Under the pieces are notes generated by a model. The model was not told the origin of the DNA. It saw only the letters and a list, made by a program, of their open reading frames with translations, and did not search any database. Made by a program: the position numbers and the translations under genes. From Rhynchopus sp. YZ270_cl-10 (lineage: Eukaryota), in contig OZ037847.1 in the NCBI GenBank assembly GCA_964035575.1, positions 248,001-312,000 of the forward strand: 64,000 nucleotides of DNA, in the 5' to 3' direction. Positions 10,810 to 21,533 of this stretch are shown here, in pieces. The number at the start of each line of letters is the position of its first letter. Position 1 is the first letter of the stretch.

Positions 10810-13021
10810 GAGAAAAGTTCGATTTCGGCCTCGAAAATACCCGTGACACCGATTTGTCACGGTACTTTGTCACGGATTTTTTTTGAAAGATTCGATTTCG
10901 TGACAAAAAAAGTTCGATTTCGTGACAAGCCGATTTTTTCATTGACACACAAAATTCAATTTAGTGACAAATGACTTTTTTCATTGACAAAAAAAAATTC
11001 GATTTCGTGACAAATCCATTTTTTCATTGACAAAAAAATGTCATTGAAAAAAATGGATTTTGTCAAGGAAAAAGTCGTGACAGCCAACCCGCCAGTCACT
11101 GAAAAGTGACCAGACAGCCACTTGACAAACACAAAAGAGGCCATTCTTGAGCTGTCTAGAAACCTAAGGGCAGAGACTGAAGACACAAGGTATGATAACT
11201 TTATGATTATGCAAGACTTAGTATATCGCGAACACGGTCAGGCTTGCACGCCTCTGGCCAGAGGCCAGCCCCACTAAATGATATGCAGCAGACACTCATT
11301 GCAGATTTCATTTTCATTCGGTAAAAAATTAATGGGTGCGCAAGTTTCTATACCTAATACCCCAACCCTCACCCATACATTCCATTACACACACCAAAAC
11401 AGATCGAATCCACCAGCGCATGCGACGGAAGCAGATTCAGATTGTGGTTTGATAAGCAGAGTTCGGTTATTATGGTGGTGGAAAGGGGGGTGGGAACACT
11501 TTGTCAGTCACTGCTATAGCCATTAACCAGGGAGCATAGCTAGTGCAAGAAATTCGACTTTGGAAACCTTCCGGAAAGTCTGTCCTCTGCTTCCGGAGGA
11601 CTAGACACAAGAAAATATTGTTTGTTCCCCCAGAAAACCAGTGCACAATTCACACTCCTTGTGGGTGGTCTTGTTGCCTTTTCGTCATAGTAATTTTGGC
11701 CCAGGCATGCTCTCGAAGCATGACAATTTAGTGTGTATGGGGCAGGGTGTTGTTTTGTTCTGAATTCTCTTTGTTATAACATCTAAGTCAATCGCGGGTG
11801 GTGGTTTGTGTAGCGTGAGGCACTCTTTTTAGCAAACTTCCTGCGGCTGCTAAAGTGTTATTTCTTCGGATTTAACAACGTACAGCGTAACATAGTGGTT
11901 TCGCCTGGTCGACACAACCTTTGATAGATACGGGATAACCAACCCCCTTCGACCCCTCGTGGGTTCACTGAACAAGCCCTAGTGGTAGTTAAACGCGATT
12001 GACATTTACATTTCCTAGAGATGAAAGAACAAGATAACACTTCTGTACCCGCGCATCAAAATTGTGGAAAACTTTGCACCCCAAACACCCTCAACAACGC
12101 CCGCCAAAAGGCGCCCCTTGTTGCTGGGAGTTGGTTCTCATGTTTTGATACACTGCACAGCAGGCATTCCTCTGAGTCCAACGCATGTTTGGCCTGTCTG
12201 CGGCGTTGTACTTAAGGTGCACGAAGACAGGGTCTGGTGGTAAATTTTGCGTAGTACTGCGACGTGGTACTACGTGGGTCTGGGAACCTGGTACCTGGGT
12301 ACAGGATATTTGTTGTAAAGACATCTTCCACCATGCATTGAGGAGGGTAAGACAGTGTTCGCAGTTTCTACCTGATAGCATTACACATTTAACTTCTCCA
12401 CGGGGGTCTTGGGCCGTTCATTCGGTTATACCTTGACTACCGGAAGATATTCTTGAGGCCTTTTTGGTCTCTAGAATATCCGGTCTTCCCGAACGGAGGC
12501 ACACTTTGTGTGTTACTACGACCTGGCAATTTCCAGCAGTAGGTTAAGTAATCTTTCTTGTAAATTGTTGGATCATTATCTCCTCAGTGCATGCATGCCC
12601 CACGTGACTGGACACTTTTGTGTTTGTCATGTGGAGCTGTGGTTGCTCTTTCACAACTTTTATCCTTGTGTCCAGTGTACCCAGTACCCAGTGCCCTGTC
12701 ACGACTTTTTCCGTGACAAAAAGTTTGGTTTCCTTGACAAAATCCATTTCTGTCACGACTTTTTCCGTGACAAAAAGTTCGGTTTCCTTGACAAAATCCA
12801 TTTTTTCATTGACATTTTTTTGTCACTGAATTTTTGGATTTGTCACGAAATCGAATTTTTTTTTGTCAATGAAAAAATCGGTTTGTCACGAAATCGAATT
12901 TTGTGTGTCAATGAAAAAATTGGTTTGTCACGAAATCGAATCTTTCAAAAAAATTCCGTGACAAAATTCCGTGACAAATCGGTGTCACGGTAATTTTCGA
13001 GGCCGAAATCGAACTTTTCTC
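10810..13021. mobile_element. Long-TIR non-autonomous DNA transposon (Mutator/foldback-like) carrying ~1.6 kb internal sequence
   Basis: Ends GAGAAAAGTTCGATTTCGGCCTCGAAAAT / ATTTTCGAGGCCGAAATCGAACTTTTCTC. Arms about 10810-11083 and 12697-13021 are built from GTGACAAA/TCGATT subrepeats. T-runs flank both sides, so TSD length is not resolvable. Confidence 0.9.
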
Positions 13022-13666
13022 TTTTTTTTTTTATAACACTTCAGAAGATGGGCAGCGTGAGTGCAACACTTCACTGAACGACATGAAAAAAAAAAATAAT
13101 CACGAATAAATAAACCCTACTAATAAATAGGTATGAGGACAGGATGTGGCTGAGTAACGTTTTTTTTGTTTTGTTTTTGTTGTTGCTGTCGTTTCTATGT
13201 GTTTTTTTTTTTACTTTGAAACCTTTTTTTAATATTAGAGCAATGCACACCTGAAGACGTGCCCCACGGTGCAATGCTCTTTTTTTATTTTTTTTATTGT
13301 CGTTGTCCAGCCCACTCTTGAATAACACTGCCTTTCTTATAAAAAAGGTGTATCGAAATAACGGAAAAAAAAGGAGGAGGGGGTAATCTTTAGGGAAGTT
13401 TGGAGAAAGTGAGGGGGAGTGATAAATAAATTGGCTTTTTTTTTTGTGTGTTTCCATAACACACATAATTCTAATGGGGGGAAGGTGGGTTTTCTGTTCG
13501 TTTGCTTTTTTCTGTATTGTTTTTTTTTTTTTTTTTTGTAATTTTTTTTATGTTTTTTATGTCTCTCAGAGGGGCAAATATTGTCCTTTTAGTAAGATTT
13601 TTTGAGTGGACAAAAATTAGCTCTCCCCGATGAATATTTTTTTGTCTTTTTTTTGTTGTGTTTTGT

Positions 13667-13726
13667 AGTTTCGACAATCACCCATCCGAGGACAGATTCT
13701 TGTACACAAAGGTCGCCCAAAGACGA
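13667..13726. repeat. Family B structured element
   Basis: TCGACAATCACCCATCC-GA-GGACAGATTCTTGTACACAAAGGTCGCCC. Confidence 0.7.
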
Positions 13727-13748
13727 ATGCCTTTTTTTTTTTTTTTTT

Positions 13749-13795
13749 GAAAACTTGGTTGTATTAGTGTAGCCATCCTAGAGTGTGCTCCACTA
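13749..13795. repeat. Family A hairpin element sitting in a poly-T run
   Basis: One mismatch to consensus; long T-runs on both sides. Confidence 0.95.
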
Positions 13796-14152
13796 TTTTT
13801 TTTTTTCCAGGGCCAAAAAGGATAAAGTTGACATGCAGATCACGATGTATGCAAATATGCACATAATATAGGGCTGCTCTCAAAATTCAAAGGAAAATGT
13901 AACCCTTGTAGGTGTCTCTAGATGATGAAGACATTTTGTCAAAAAAAAAAAAAAAAAGATAAAAATAGAGGCGTTTCTAAGTTTTGCCCATAGTGCATTG
14001 TGGCTTTTGTTTGGAAACAAACAAAAAAGCAAAAACGCGCAATACTTTAAAATCAAATCTTTAAAACCCTCCTCTCTTTCGCTGTTCTCTCGACAACAGA
14101 AAAGAGAGAAAAAAAAATTATATGCGAGGGGAAAATAAAAGAAAAGTTTAGG

Positions 14153-14570
14153 TATATAAGATGACCCTAAGCCTCTCGTGCTTAGTCACCAAAACTAAAA
14201 TAAAATGCGACGTAATTGTAGCAAAAAAAAAAATACGCTTGCATTGGGATATGGCTAGCTACAACCTACCTGTACAGCGCGAATATGAGGATAATAAAAA
14301 TGTACAAACTGACCTGAGTATAGACACAGGAACGTTGTTTGCGAGGGAAAAAAACAATAAAACGAGATAAAATCAAAAGGAAAAGGTTTATAAGATGAAC
14401 CTAAGCTCTCTCGTGTTTAGTCTGATTAGGTTACTTAATGTTTTGAACATTGCTTATTCACCTTCTCTCGTGCTTAGTCACCTTTGATACCATATAATGG
14501 TAACCATTTCAAGAAAAAAAGTTGGTAAAAAATGAACCCAAAAGCATCTCGATGTTGCTCAGGTCATCAA
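14153..14570. repeat. Cluster of family C hairpin elements
   Basis: TATAAGATGACCCTAAGC-CTCTCGT-GCTTAGTCACC (14155), TATAAGATGAACCTAAGC..GTTTAGTC (14388), CTCTCGTGCTTAGTCACCTT (14465), degenerate copy near 14525. Confidence 0.75.
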
Positions 14571-15086
14571 ACTATAGGAACAGTATTGCGTTCCATTTCA
14601 CAAAATGAAAAAAAAAAAAGGAAAAAAAAACGGGGACCTAATGATGAGCCGCGTCGCGTGCTTATTCATCTATATTAAAGGCAGAGCGCAGTATCCCTCA
14701 ACCATCGTGTGGGAGGGTTGTGCTGTTTTTACACAAAATAATGATGAAAAAAAGTGGAAGGGGTGGGGAGAGAGAGAGGGAGAAGAATGTCATGGAGAGA
14801 AAAAAAAAAAGCTTGCAAACACCACACAACGCAAGGTTTGCAGTACGTTTTTTTTTTGGTGTGTTTTCAAATATTTTTTTTTTCGCCATGTTTGTAACAA
14901 CACTATTTGCGGGGGGGAAGGGAAAGTGCAGGGAATGGGATAGAGGGGGAAATGTGTCGAGGGGGGTGAAAAATTCACAAAAATTTTTTTTTGTTTTCAC
15001 ACAAAAAGGGGAGGGAAACTTTGTAAAGGATGAATCTCACAGATATTCGGTGCATTCATGTTTAAAAAAAAATCACTAAAAAAATA

Positions 15087-15118
15087 GGAAGTTGAAAAGT
15101 GCAAACGCCTCACCGTTG
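15087..15118. repeat. Family D element (truncated)
   Basis: GAAGTTGAAAAGTGCAAACGCCTCACCGTT. Confidence 0.8.
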
Positions 15119-15266
15119 ACTCCTTATAACTCCATAACGAAATAAACTCAAAAAAAAAATGAATAAAAAGAACGAATCTACTCTCACGCTGAGTCTTGAA
15201 AGGGGGAAAATTGAAAAGGTGTTCAACACCTTTCAATTTTTTTTCTTTTTCTGATGGCTTTTTGTT

Positions 15267-15328
15267 GTATCGACAATCACGTTATACCTACTGGTATAAC
15301 GATCTGTACTCAATGTCGGCCGAAGCCT
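15267..15328. repeat. Family B structured element
   Basis: GTATCGACAATCA-CGTTATACC-TACT-GGTATAACG-ATCTGTACTCAATGTCGGCCGAAGCC; perfect 9-bp stem. Confidence 0.85.
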
Positions 15329-15757
15329 ATGTTTTTTTTGTTCTATTTTATTTGGTATCTACTGGTAGGGTGGACACTCTCCTTTTTGAAGTATAATAAA
15401 AGGCATTCATTTCTTCCACTCTCGAGAGTCCCCATACACCATGCAGTTTTCAAGAAAAACTACTGGTGTGAAGGGGGGGAAATGAATTTCTGTTTCTGTT
15501 GGTTTACGTTCAAAAGAGTCATTTCACAATCCTGCATTGTGAAAAAGTGTTTCATTGTGTACGGTGTTCTCCAGTTTATAGCCCCAAAAAAATGCTTTTT
15601 AATCCCCTGCCTGACTGCATGAAAAAAAAGCTTTGTAAGATGAATGTAATCTCTTGTGGATACACCATATTAAAAATGATCGGAAAATGAAATGTCTGAA
15701 TCAACACGAAATTCTCTGGATGTGCTCAATCAACACATTCTGTCAAGACGAATTTTT

Positions 15758-15832
15758 GTGTCGACAATCGCCTAAGGACCCGCTTGGGGGAACCTAGGGT
15801 CTGTACTCAATGTTGGCCGAAGCCCTTTGTAC
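15758..15832. repeat. Family B structured element
   Basis: GTGTCGACAATCG-CCTAAGGACCC..GGGGAACCTAGG-GTCTGTACTCAATGTTGGCCGAAGCCCTTTGTACT. Confidence 0.85.
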
Positions 15833-16294
15833 TACGGAAGGAAAAGACGTCAGTTTTTGTAAGATGAAGCTATAAACCCTTTCGAGCATAGTCACCTTTG
15901 ATAACAAAATTGTTTTTGAAGAAAAGAAAAAAAAATGCGAGAAACTGAAAACCCTCAAAGAAGGGTTTCACAGTACACTCATTTCCTCAAAAAAAATGTG
16001 AACAGTGTAACACAGGATAATAGGTAAAAAAAAGTTGTTGATGATACCTTCAACTGGCCGATACAGTTCGGGATGAAAGCACGAAGGGAGGGGGGAACGG
16101 AAGAGGGGAAAAAATCAAAAATCTAGAGAGAGAAACATATAAGAGGGGGTGAGTACGGGGGGGTGGGTCTTTTTCTGATTTGTAAAAAAAAATCAAATCA
16201 AGAAAAACGGGGGGAAAAAATAGGGGTTTTCTTTGAAAAAAAAACCATGAAATATTGTTTTGTGACAATGAATAGGGGGGGGGGGGGGGGGGTA

Positions 16295-17482
16295 GGGGGT
16301 ACGACTCCAGCCATTTTTTGCGCACGGAAAATTCATTTGGCATTATCTGGTCATCTCCAAGGCAACTGCGGGTGAAAAACACCCTCAGAGTGGGTCACAG
16401 GGGGCCTGTGGGTCGAAAAACGACCCAGAAGCCACCCCAGAATACAAAAAAATGGAAAAAAATAGTGAAAAAACGGCTTTTTTCACGTTTTGGCCACTTT
16501 GGGCAAAATAGCGATTTTTCGAGAAAAAAATCAAAAACCGGGATATTTTTTGACATCACAAAGCCTCCTTTGGCACAAATATACCCCAAAAGTGGCCTGT
16601 GAGTCCATTCCAACCTGTTTTGGACATATTTGACACTTTTGGAAGTGTTTTTTTGGTGTTTTTAGGTCAAAAAAATGCCCAAGACGTCCCCAAGACATCC
16701 CCAAGACACTTTGCACACCCCCTGTTACGGTCATATTTTTTTCGTTTTTTTGCCTGAAACCCCCAAAATACCCCTCCCGGACCCCACATAGTCCCGAATA
16801 TCCATCACACACCCACTCAGAGTGAGTAGAAGCACCCCAAAAAAAATATTTTTTAAAGCCCTTCAACTTCAACATGGATGCTGCCGAAACTGAAGCACAA
16901 TTTTAGGGCTTTAAAAAATATTTTTTTTGGGGTGCTTCTACTCACTCTGAGTGGGTGTGTGATGGATATTCGGGACTATGTGGGGTCCGGGAGGGGTATT
17001 TTGGGGGTTTCAGGCAAAAAAACGAAAAAAATATGACCGTAACAGGGGGTGTGCAAAGTGTCTTGGGGATGTCTTGGGGACGTCTTGGGCATTTTTTTGA
17101 CCTAAAAACACCAAAAAAACACTTCCAAAAGTGTCAAATATGTCCAAAACAGGTTGGAATGGACTCACAGGCCACTTTTGGGGTATATTTGTGCCAAAGG
17201 AGGCTTTGTGATGTCAAAAAATATCCCGGTTTTTGATTTTTTTCTCGAAAAATCGCTATTTTGCCCAAAGTGGCCAAAACGTGAAAAAAGCCGTTTTTTC
17301 ACTATTTTTTTCCATTTTTTTGTATTCTGGGGTGGCTTCTGGGTCGTTTTTCGACCCACAGGCCCCCTGTGACCCACTCTGAGGGTGTTTTTCACCCGCA
17401 GTTGCCTTGGAGATGGCCAGATAATGCCAAATGAATTTTCCGTGCGTTTGGTCCCAGCCAAAATGGCTGGAGTCGTATCCCC
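16295..17482. mobile_element. Foldback element: ~570-bp near-perfect inverted arms with a 42-bp spacer
   Basis: Left arm 16295-16862 is the reverse complement of 16905-17482 (identical spurious ORFs on both strands). Ends GGGG(G/A)TACGACTCCAGCC, flanked by TA and poly-G on both sides. Confidence 0.95.
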
Positions 17483-17689
17483 TAGGGGGGGGGGGGGGGG
17501 GGGGGGGTTACTTTTTGAGGGGTTTTCCATTTTTCTATGAAGCGTCAGGTGAATTTTTTTCTTCTTTTTTTTCTTTCTTTGAAAAGATGAACACTCTCAG
17601 AAACGAATACTATGTTAGACAATATGAATCGCTTCTCGAGAGTTTCGCCATCTTTTTATCAGGATAAAATACCACATTTTCTTTTCTGT

Positions 17690-19294
17690 TTAGGCGATAG
17701 GCAGCAGTGTCGGCATTCCGTCGTGGTCGTTGCTTCCTACAGGGCACTTTGCGGTCAGGGTTTGCACGATTTCTGCACAGTTTCCTGCACTGTATCCAAG
17801 GCCTGAGAGTGCTTCGAAAAGGCTGTTGGCAGGTGCCACTGGTGCGGGTGGTGCGGGTGGTGCCACAGTCCTCGGTGCACGCTGTTGCGCAAGGCTCGCG
17901 TTGAGCTGCGAAATCCACTCCAAATTCTGCTCCTCCTTGGCGTCCATAAGCGCGAGAGGCGGGACATCGTCGTCGACCTCATCAAGGGTGGAGAGCAGAC
18001 TGCGCATCGTGTCATCCTCTTGCTGGGTGAACGCAGGTACCTGTGGTGTCTTCTGTGCGACGGGAACGGCGTGTGCCTGGACGAACACACATGGCGACGC
18101 GGGGGTGGCGGCAGACGCAACGGAAGGCATGGCAGGCGACGGGGTGAGGCCCATGACGCTGGGGGTAGACATCATTGGCGTGCCCTGCATCATCTGGCGC
18201 ATGATCGGTGAGTTTGCGGTAGAGTTGCTGTGCTGTGCGGAGAGCGGCGTGCTGTGTGCGCTCTTGTTGTTGTTGTGGTCCACCGCAGCTGCATGCGCCG
18301 CCTGTGCAGCAGGCATCTGCATGAGCTTGGGCTGCATGTTCGCCATCCTCTTGTTGTTGTTGTCCTCATGCCAAATCTTCTCCATCCTGCTGCTCGGGTA
18401 CAACAGAACGTACCGGTCAACGGTGAAGAAGGTTCTGTCCTTGGACTGCGCAAGAAGCGCTTCCTTTCTGTCGGTGAACTCAATGATCGCACTCCCGCTG
18501 GGACGGCAGTCCTGCGAAAAGATAAAGGTGATGCGTGCAAAGGCAAGCGAGATGGGGCTGAAGAAGTCAATCACGTCGCTGGCGCTTGCGTCGTAGGGCA
18601 TGCCGGTGATCTTCACGAAACGGCCGTCATCACATTCGTCGTGGACGTAACGGCATTTGTTGCCAAGGCTGCAGAAGCCCTTCAGGAAGTAGACACACAT
18701 TCCACCAACCTCACCTGCCTTGAAGGTGTAGATGGGCTTGCCCGACACCGTCACATCACGGCTCACCACACGGTCACGCAGACGCGGTGTGGACTCGGGG
18801 GCCTCCTCCTCGTGGGAGGTGTACTTCTTGATGTTGATGTTCTGCAGCTTCATCTCGAGGCGTGCTGAGCCGTTCACCTCCATTCTGATGAGCTTGTTCC
18901 TGTTGAAGCGCTCACGGGTGATGAGGTCGGCAAGGGCACGGGAGAGCGACTTCGCGGGGTCGGTAGGCGAGTCTGTCATGGGCGTGGGGGACATGGGGGC
19001 CTGGTCCTCCCAGTTGGCGGGCAGGGCGCCAAGGGGAAGACGTGTACCGCTGCGCTTTGGTGCTTCAGGGATAACCTGCTGCTGCTGATGCTGCTGGGTG
19101 TGGTTGTGGGTGGGACGCATGCTGTTACGGCCCCAGATCCCGTAGTCATGCATCTGGCTGGCAGCGCCGTTCACAGTGCTCGCGGTGTTTGCACCCAACG
19201 GCTGGAAGTTGGCCAGCTGGTACTGCAGTGTCTGGTCCTGCGTCATCTGAGCGGGAGTGCTGAAGAGCATCGGCATTGTGTTCTGCATGGACAT
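17690..19294 (-). CDS. RNA-binding protein: CCCH zinc finger plus hnRNP F/H-like RRM in low-complexity Q/P/A/M-rich flanks
   Basis: CVYFLKGFCSLGNKCRYVH (C-x7-C-x5-C-x3-H) followed by VKITGMPYDASASDVIDFF..RPSGSAIIEF..ALLAQSKDR..RYVLLY; 534-aa ORF with coding-like composition. Confidence 0.85.
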   Translation of the reverse strand: MSMQNTMPMLFSTPAQMTQDQTLQYQLANFQPLGANTASTVNGAASQMHDYGIWGRNSMRPTHNHTQQHQQQQVIPEAPKRSGTRLPLGALPANWEDQAPMSPTPMTDSPTDPAKSLSRALADLITRERFNRNKLIRMEVNGSARLEMKLQNINIKKYTSHEEEAPESTPRLRDRVVSRDVTVSGKPIYTFKAGEVGGMCVYFLKGFCSLGNKCRYVHDECDDGRFVKITGMPYDASASDVIDFFSPISLAFARITFIFSQDCRPSGSAIIEFTDRKEALLAQSKDRTFFTVDRYVLLYPSSRMEKIWHEDNNNKRMANMQPKLMQMPAAQAAHAAAVDHNNNKSAHSTPLSAQHSNSTANSPIMRQMMQGTPMMSTPSVMGLTPSPAMPSVASAATPASPCVFVQAHAVPVAQKTPQVPAFTQQEDDTMRSLLSTLDEVDDDVPPLALMDAKEEQNLEWISQLNASLAQQRAPRTVAPPAPPAPVAPANSLFEALSGLGYSAGNCAEIVQTLTAKCPVGSNDHDGMPTLLPIA

Positions 19295-21533
19295 ATTTGC
19301 GAAAATGTACTTTTTTTAAAGGGTGCAAAAAAGAAATGCCGGGATAGGTGATGTGGTGTGGTGTGTGTTGTGTGTTGTAATAATCTGGGGTTGGAGGTAA
19401 GGGAGAGCGGAGAGATAAAATTCATCGAAGGCGAATGAGGGTGGGAGAAAATAGCACTTTTTTTTTTTGTGAAAACGTTGCCTGCATTTCGGCTACAATG
19501 TTCTTTTCGATATACCCTGTTCTTTGCTTATCTTTTTTGAAAACAGGCGGTACGGGGTAGTAGAGGCATTTTTTCTTTGAAAAAAATGTATGAATAGTGT
19601 AGTTGCCACCTGTGCAAGCTCCACTTTCTTTTTTTGCCATCACATCCAAGGGCAGCAAAAGCAGAGGGCCCAATGGAACAACAACTCTCGAAAAATATCA
19701 CTGTGATGAAAAACCATTTTGTTGCAAATAAATAAAGGGAGGGGGGAGAGGAAAAACTGAGTTCACGCACAAGGGGGAGTTGGCTAAAACAATATTATCC
19801 GCGTAGGTCCATCCATCCTTTCTTGGGGGTTCCCCCCTGAATTACTATGTTCCTGCGAGGAAAGAAGATGCCTGTTTTCAACACGTTGTTCAGTTTATTT
19901 TTTTTGAAAATGCCTCAAACACAGCGAAGCAGACACTTGAACAAGACAGGGCACACACCACCCCTGGGGCAGTCCCTCTGCGTGAAATCAGATGCTAGGA
20001 TTGTAGCAGGGAAGTAACAAAAAAAATCGAAGGTATGAAAAAGAAAATCAGAGGGTAAAAACGGTAAAACATTTACAGTGCGAACAAAAACAAATGCTTT
20101 TTTTGTAAGATCCTAATCAGTGCTTAGTTATCTTATACAATACTGACGTCCAGCAAACGTTGGTGGGGTAAAAAAAAAACCCCCCACCAACTTTTTTCGA
20201 GCCCCTCAAATCCACCAATGTTTATTGCCCATCAACGTTTGTTGGGACATCTGTTGTTTGTTTTGGTGTGGTGGTGCAGGCTGATTGCGGAAACGGCACA
20301 GCTTGCAACGTTGTGAACCAAAACCAAGCGAAATTTGAAAAATTTAACACCATTTGTCATCAACAGGGCACTGTCTGCGCTACATAAAAAAAATATGAGG
20401 AAAAGAGATCCCCTTATCCGAGTCTCAGTGCCCATTTTAGTGCGCACTGTGAAATCTATGCACAAAAATAGAGTGGAGGATATAAAAGGGACACACTATA
20501 GCTCCTGATCACATTACACGGGGAAGGGCAAATGTTATGTCTTATCTTTAAATCTGCAACAAAAAGAAAGCGAGGGAAGTGCAGAACACCTTTTCTCTCT
20601 CCTTTCTTGACTAGCAATAGAAAGCCTCATGCTGAAAGTGAAAAAGAGGCCTCCCAATGTTAAAAAACAAAAAAACAAACATCTGCCACTAAATAAACAC
20701 ATGAAGAGCGGGAGGGAAGGGGTAAAGGGGGGGACTGCGGAAAAAAAAACATAGTGATATGAACCTAAGAACCTAAAGCCTGACATGCCTAACCAACCCT
20801 TGGGTTGGATTTCCACAGAGGATTTGCCTCTAAGGGGTTGAAGGGTGCAGCACCGTCACGGAGGTACCTGAATTAAAAAAAAAACACTACATTTGCCTCG
20901 AAAAACCATTGACATTCCTATTGGCTACAGAAGTACAAAGGACGGATGCCAGGCCGGTATTAGGCTGCGTTAGGTATAGAATTCGCGTCACAGGAAGCAA
21001 CACGGCCTATCCCTATGAACGGCAAAGCCCGGCGTGGGTTCATCTAGTCCAAATCTCTGTGCGCCCAAAGGAGTGTTGGGGGTGTGTGGGTGGAGTGTGG
21101 GGGAGGAGACACCGGTGAAGGTGATGAAGAAAGTGGAGAAAAGAAAAATGGAAGTGGCGGGGCCACAAATTATCTACAAAAAATGAATGAAGAAAAATGA
21201 TAGCAGCTTACGTTCAAAATACGCACATTTTTTATTAGCGTGTTGTTATGTATTGTACGCGATGCTTCTTCTGCGTTGCGGGGGGTTCTGTGTCATCTTT
21301 TTGGCATCCACAAATCACCTTTGTAAAGGAAAGGTTCTATAATAATGATCACACGAAAGGCTAGCATGCTCAGAGGATGACACAGCGCCCCGTGGTGCAC
21401 AATGAAGGGTAGTAACAAACAGCACGTATGCCTTTTCTTCATGATTGTTTTTCTGCAAACAAGAAACAAAAGAACAGAAAGCTTGAGAGGTGGATGTGTA
21501 CTGCTGTGCACATCCTGATGCTGTGTCCTATTC

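Noticed and set aside
11090..12690. Transposase ORF within the long-TIR element
   Set aside because: Only short broken frames; no DDE or zinc-finger motif I can support.
15267..15328. Family B as hammerhead ribozyme or tRNA-derived SINE
   Set aside because: No CUGANGA/GAAA core on either strand and no clear Pol III A/B boxes.
16318..17530. Duplicated ORFs on opposite strands
   Set aside because: Artefact of the palindrome; low-complexity K/F-rich translations.
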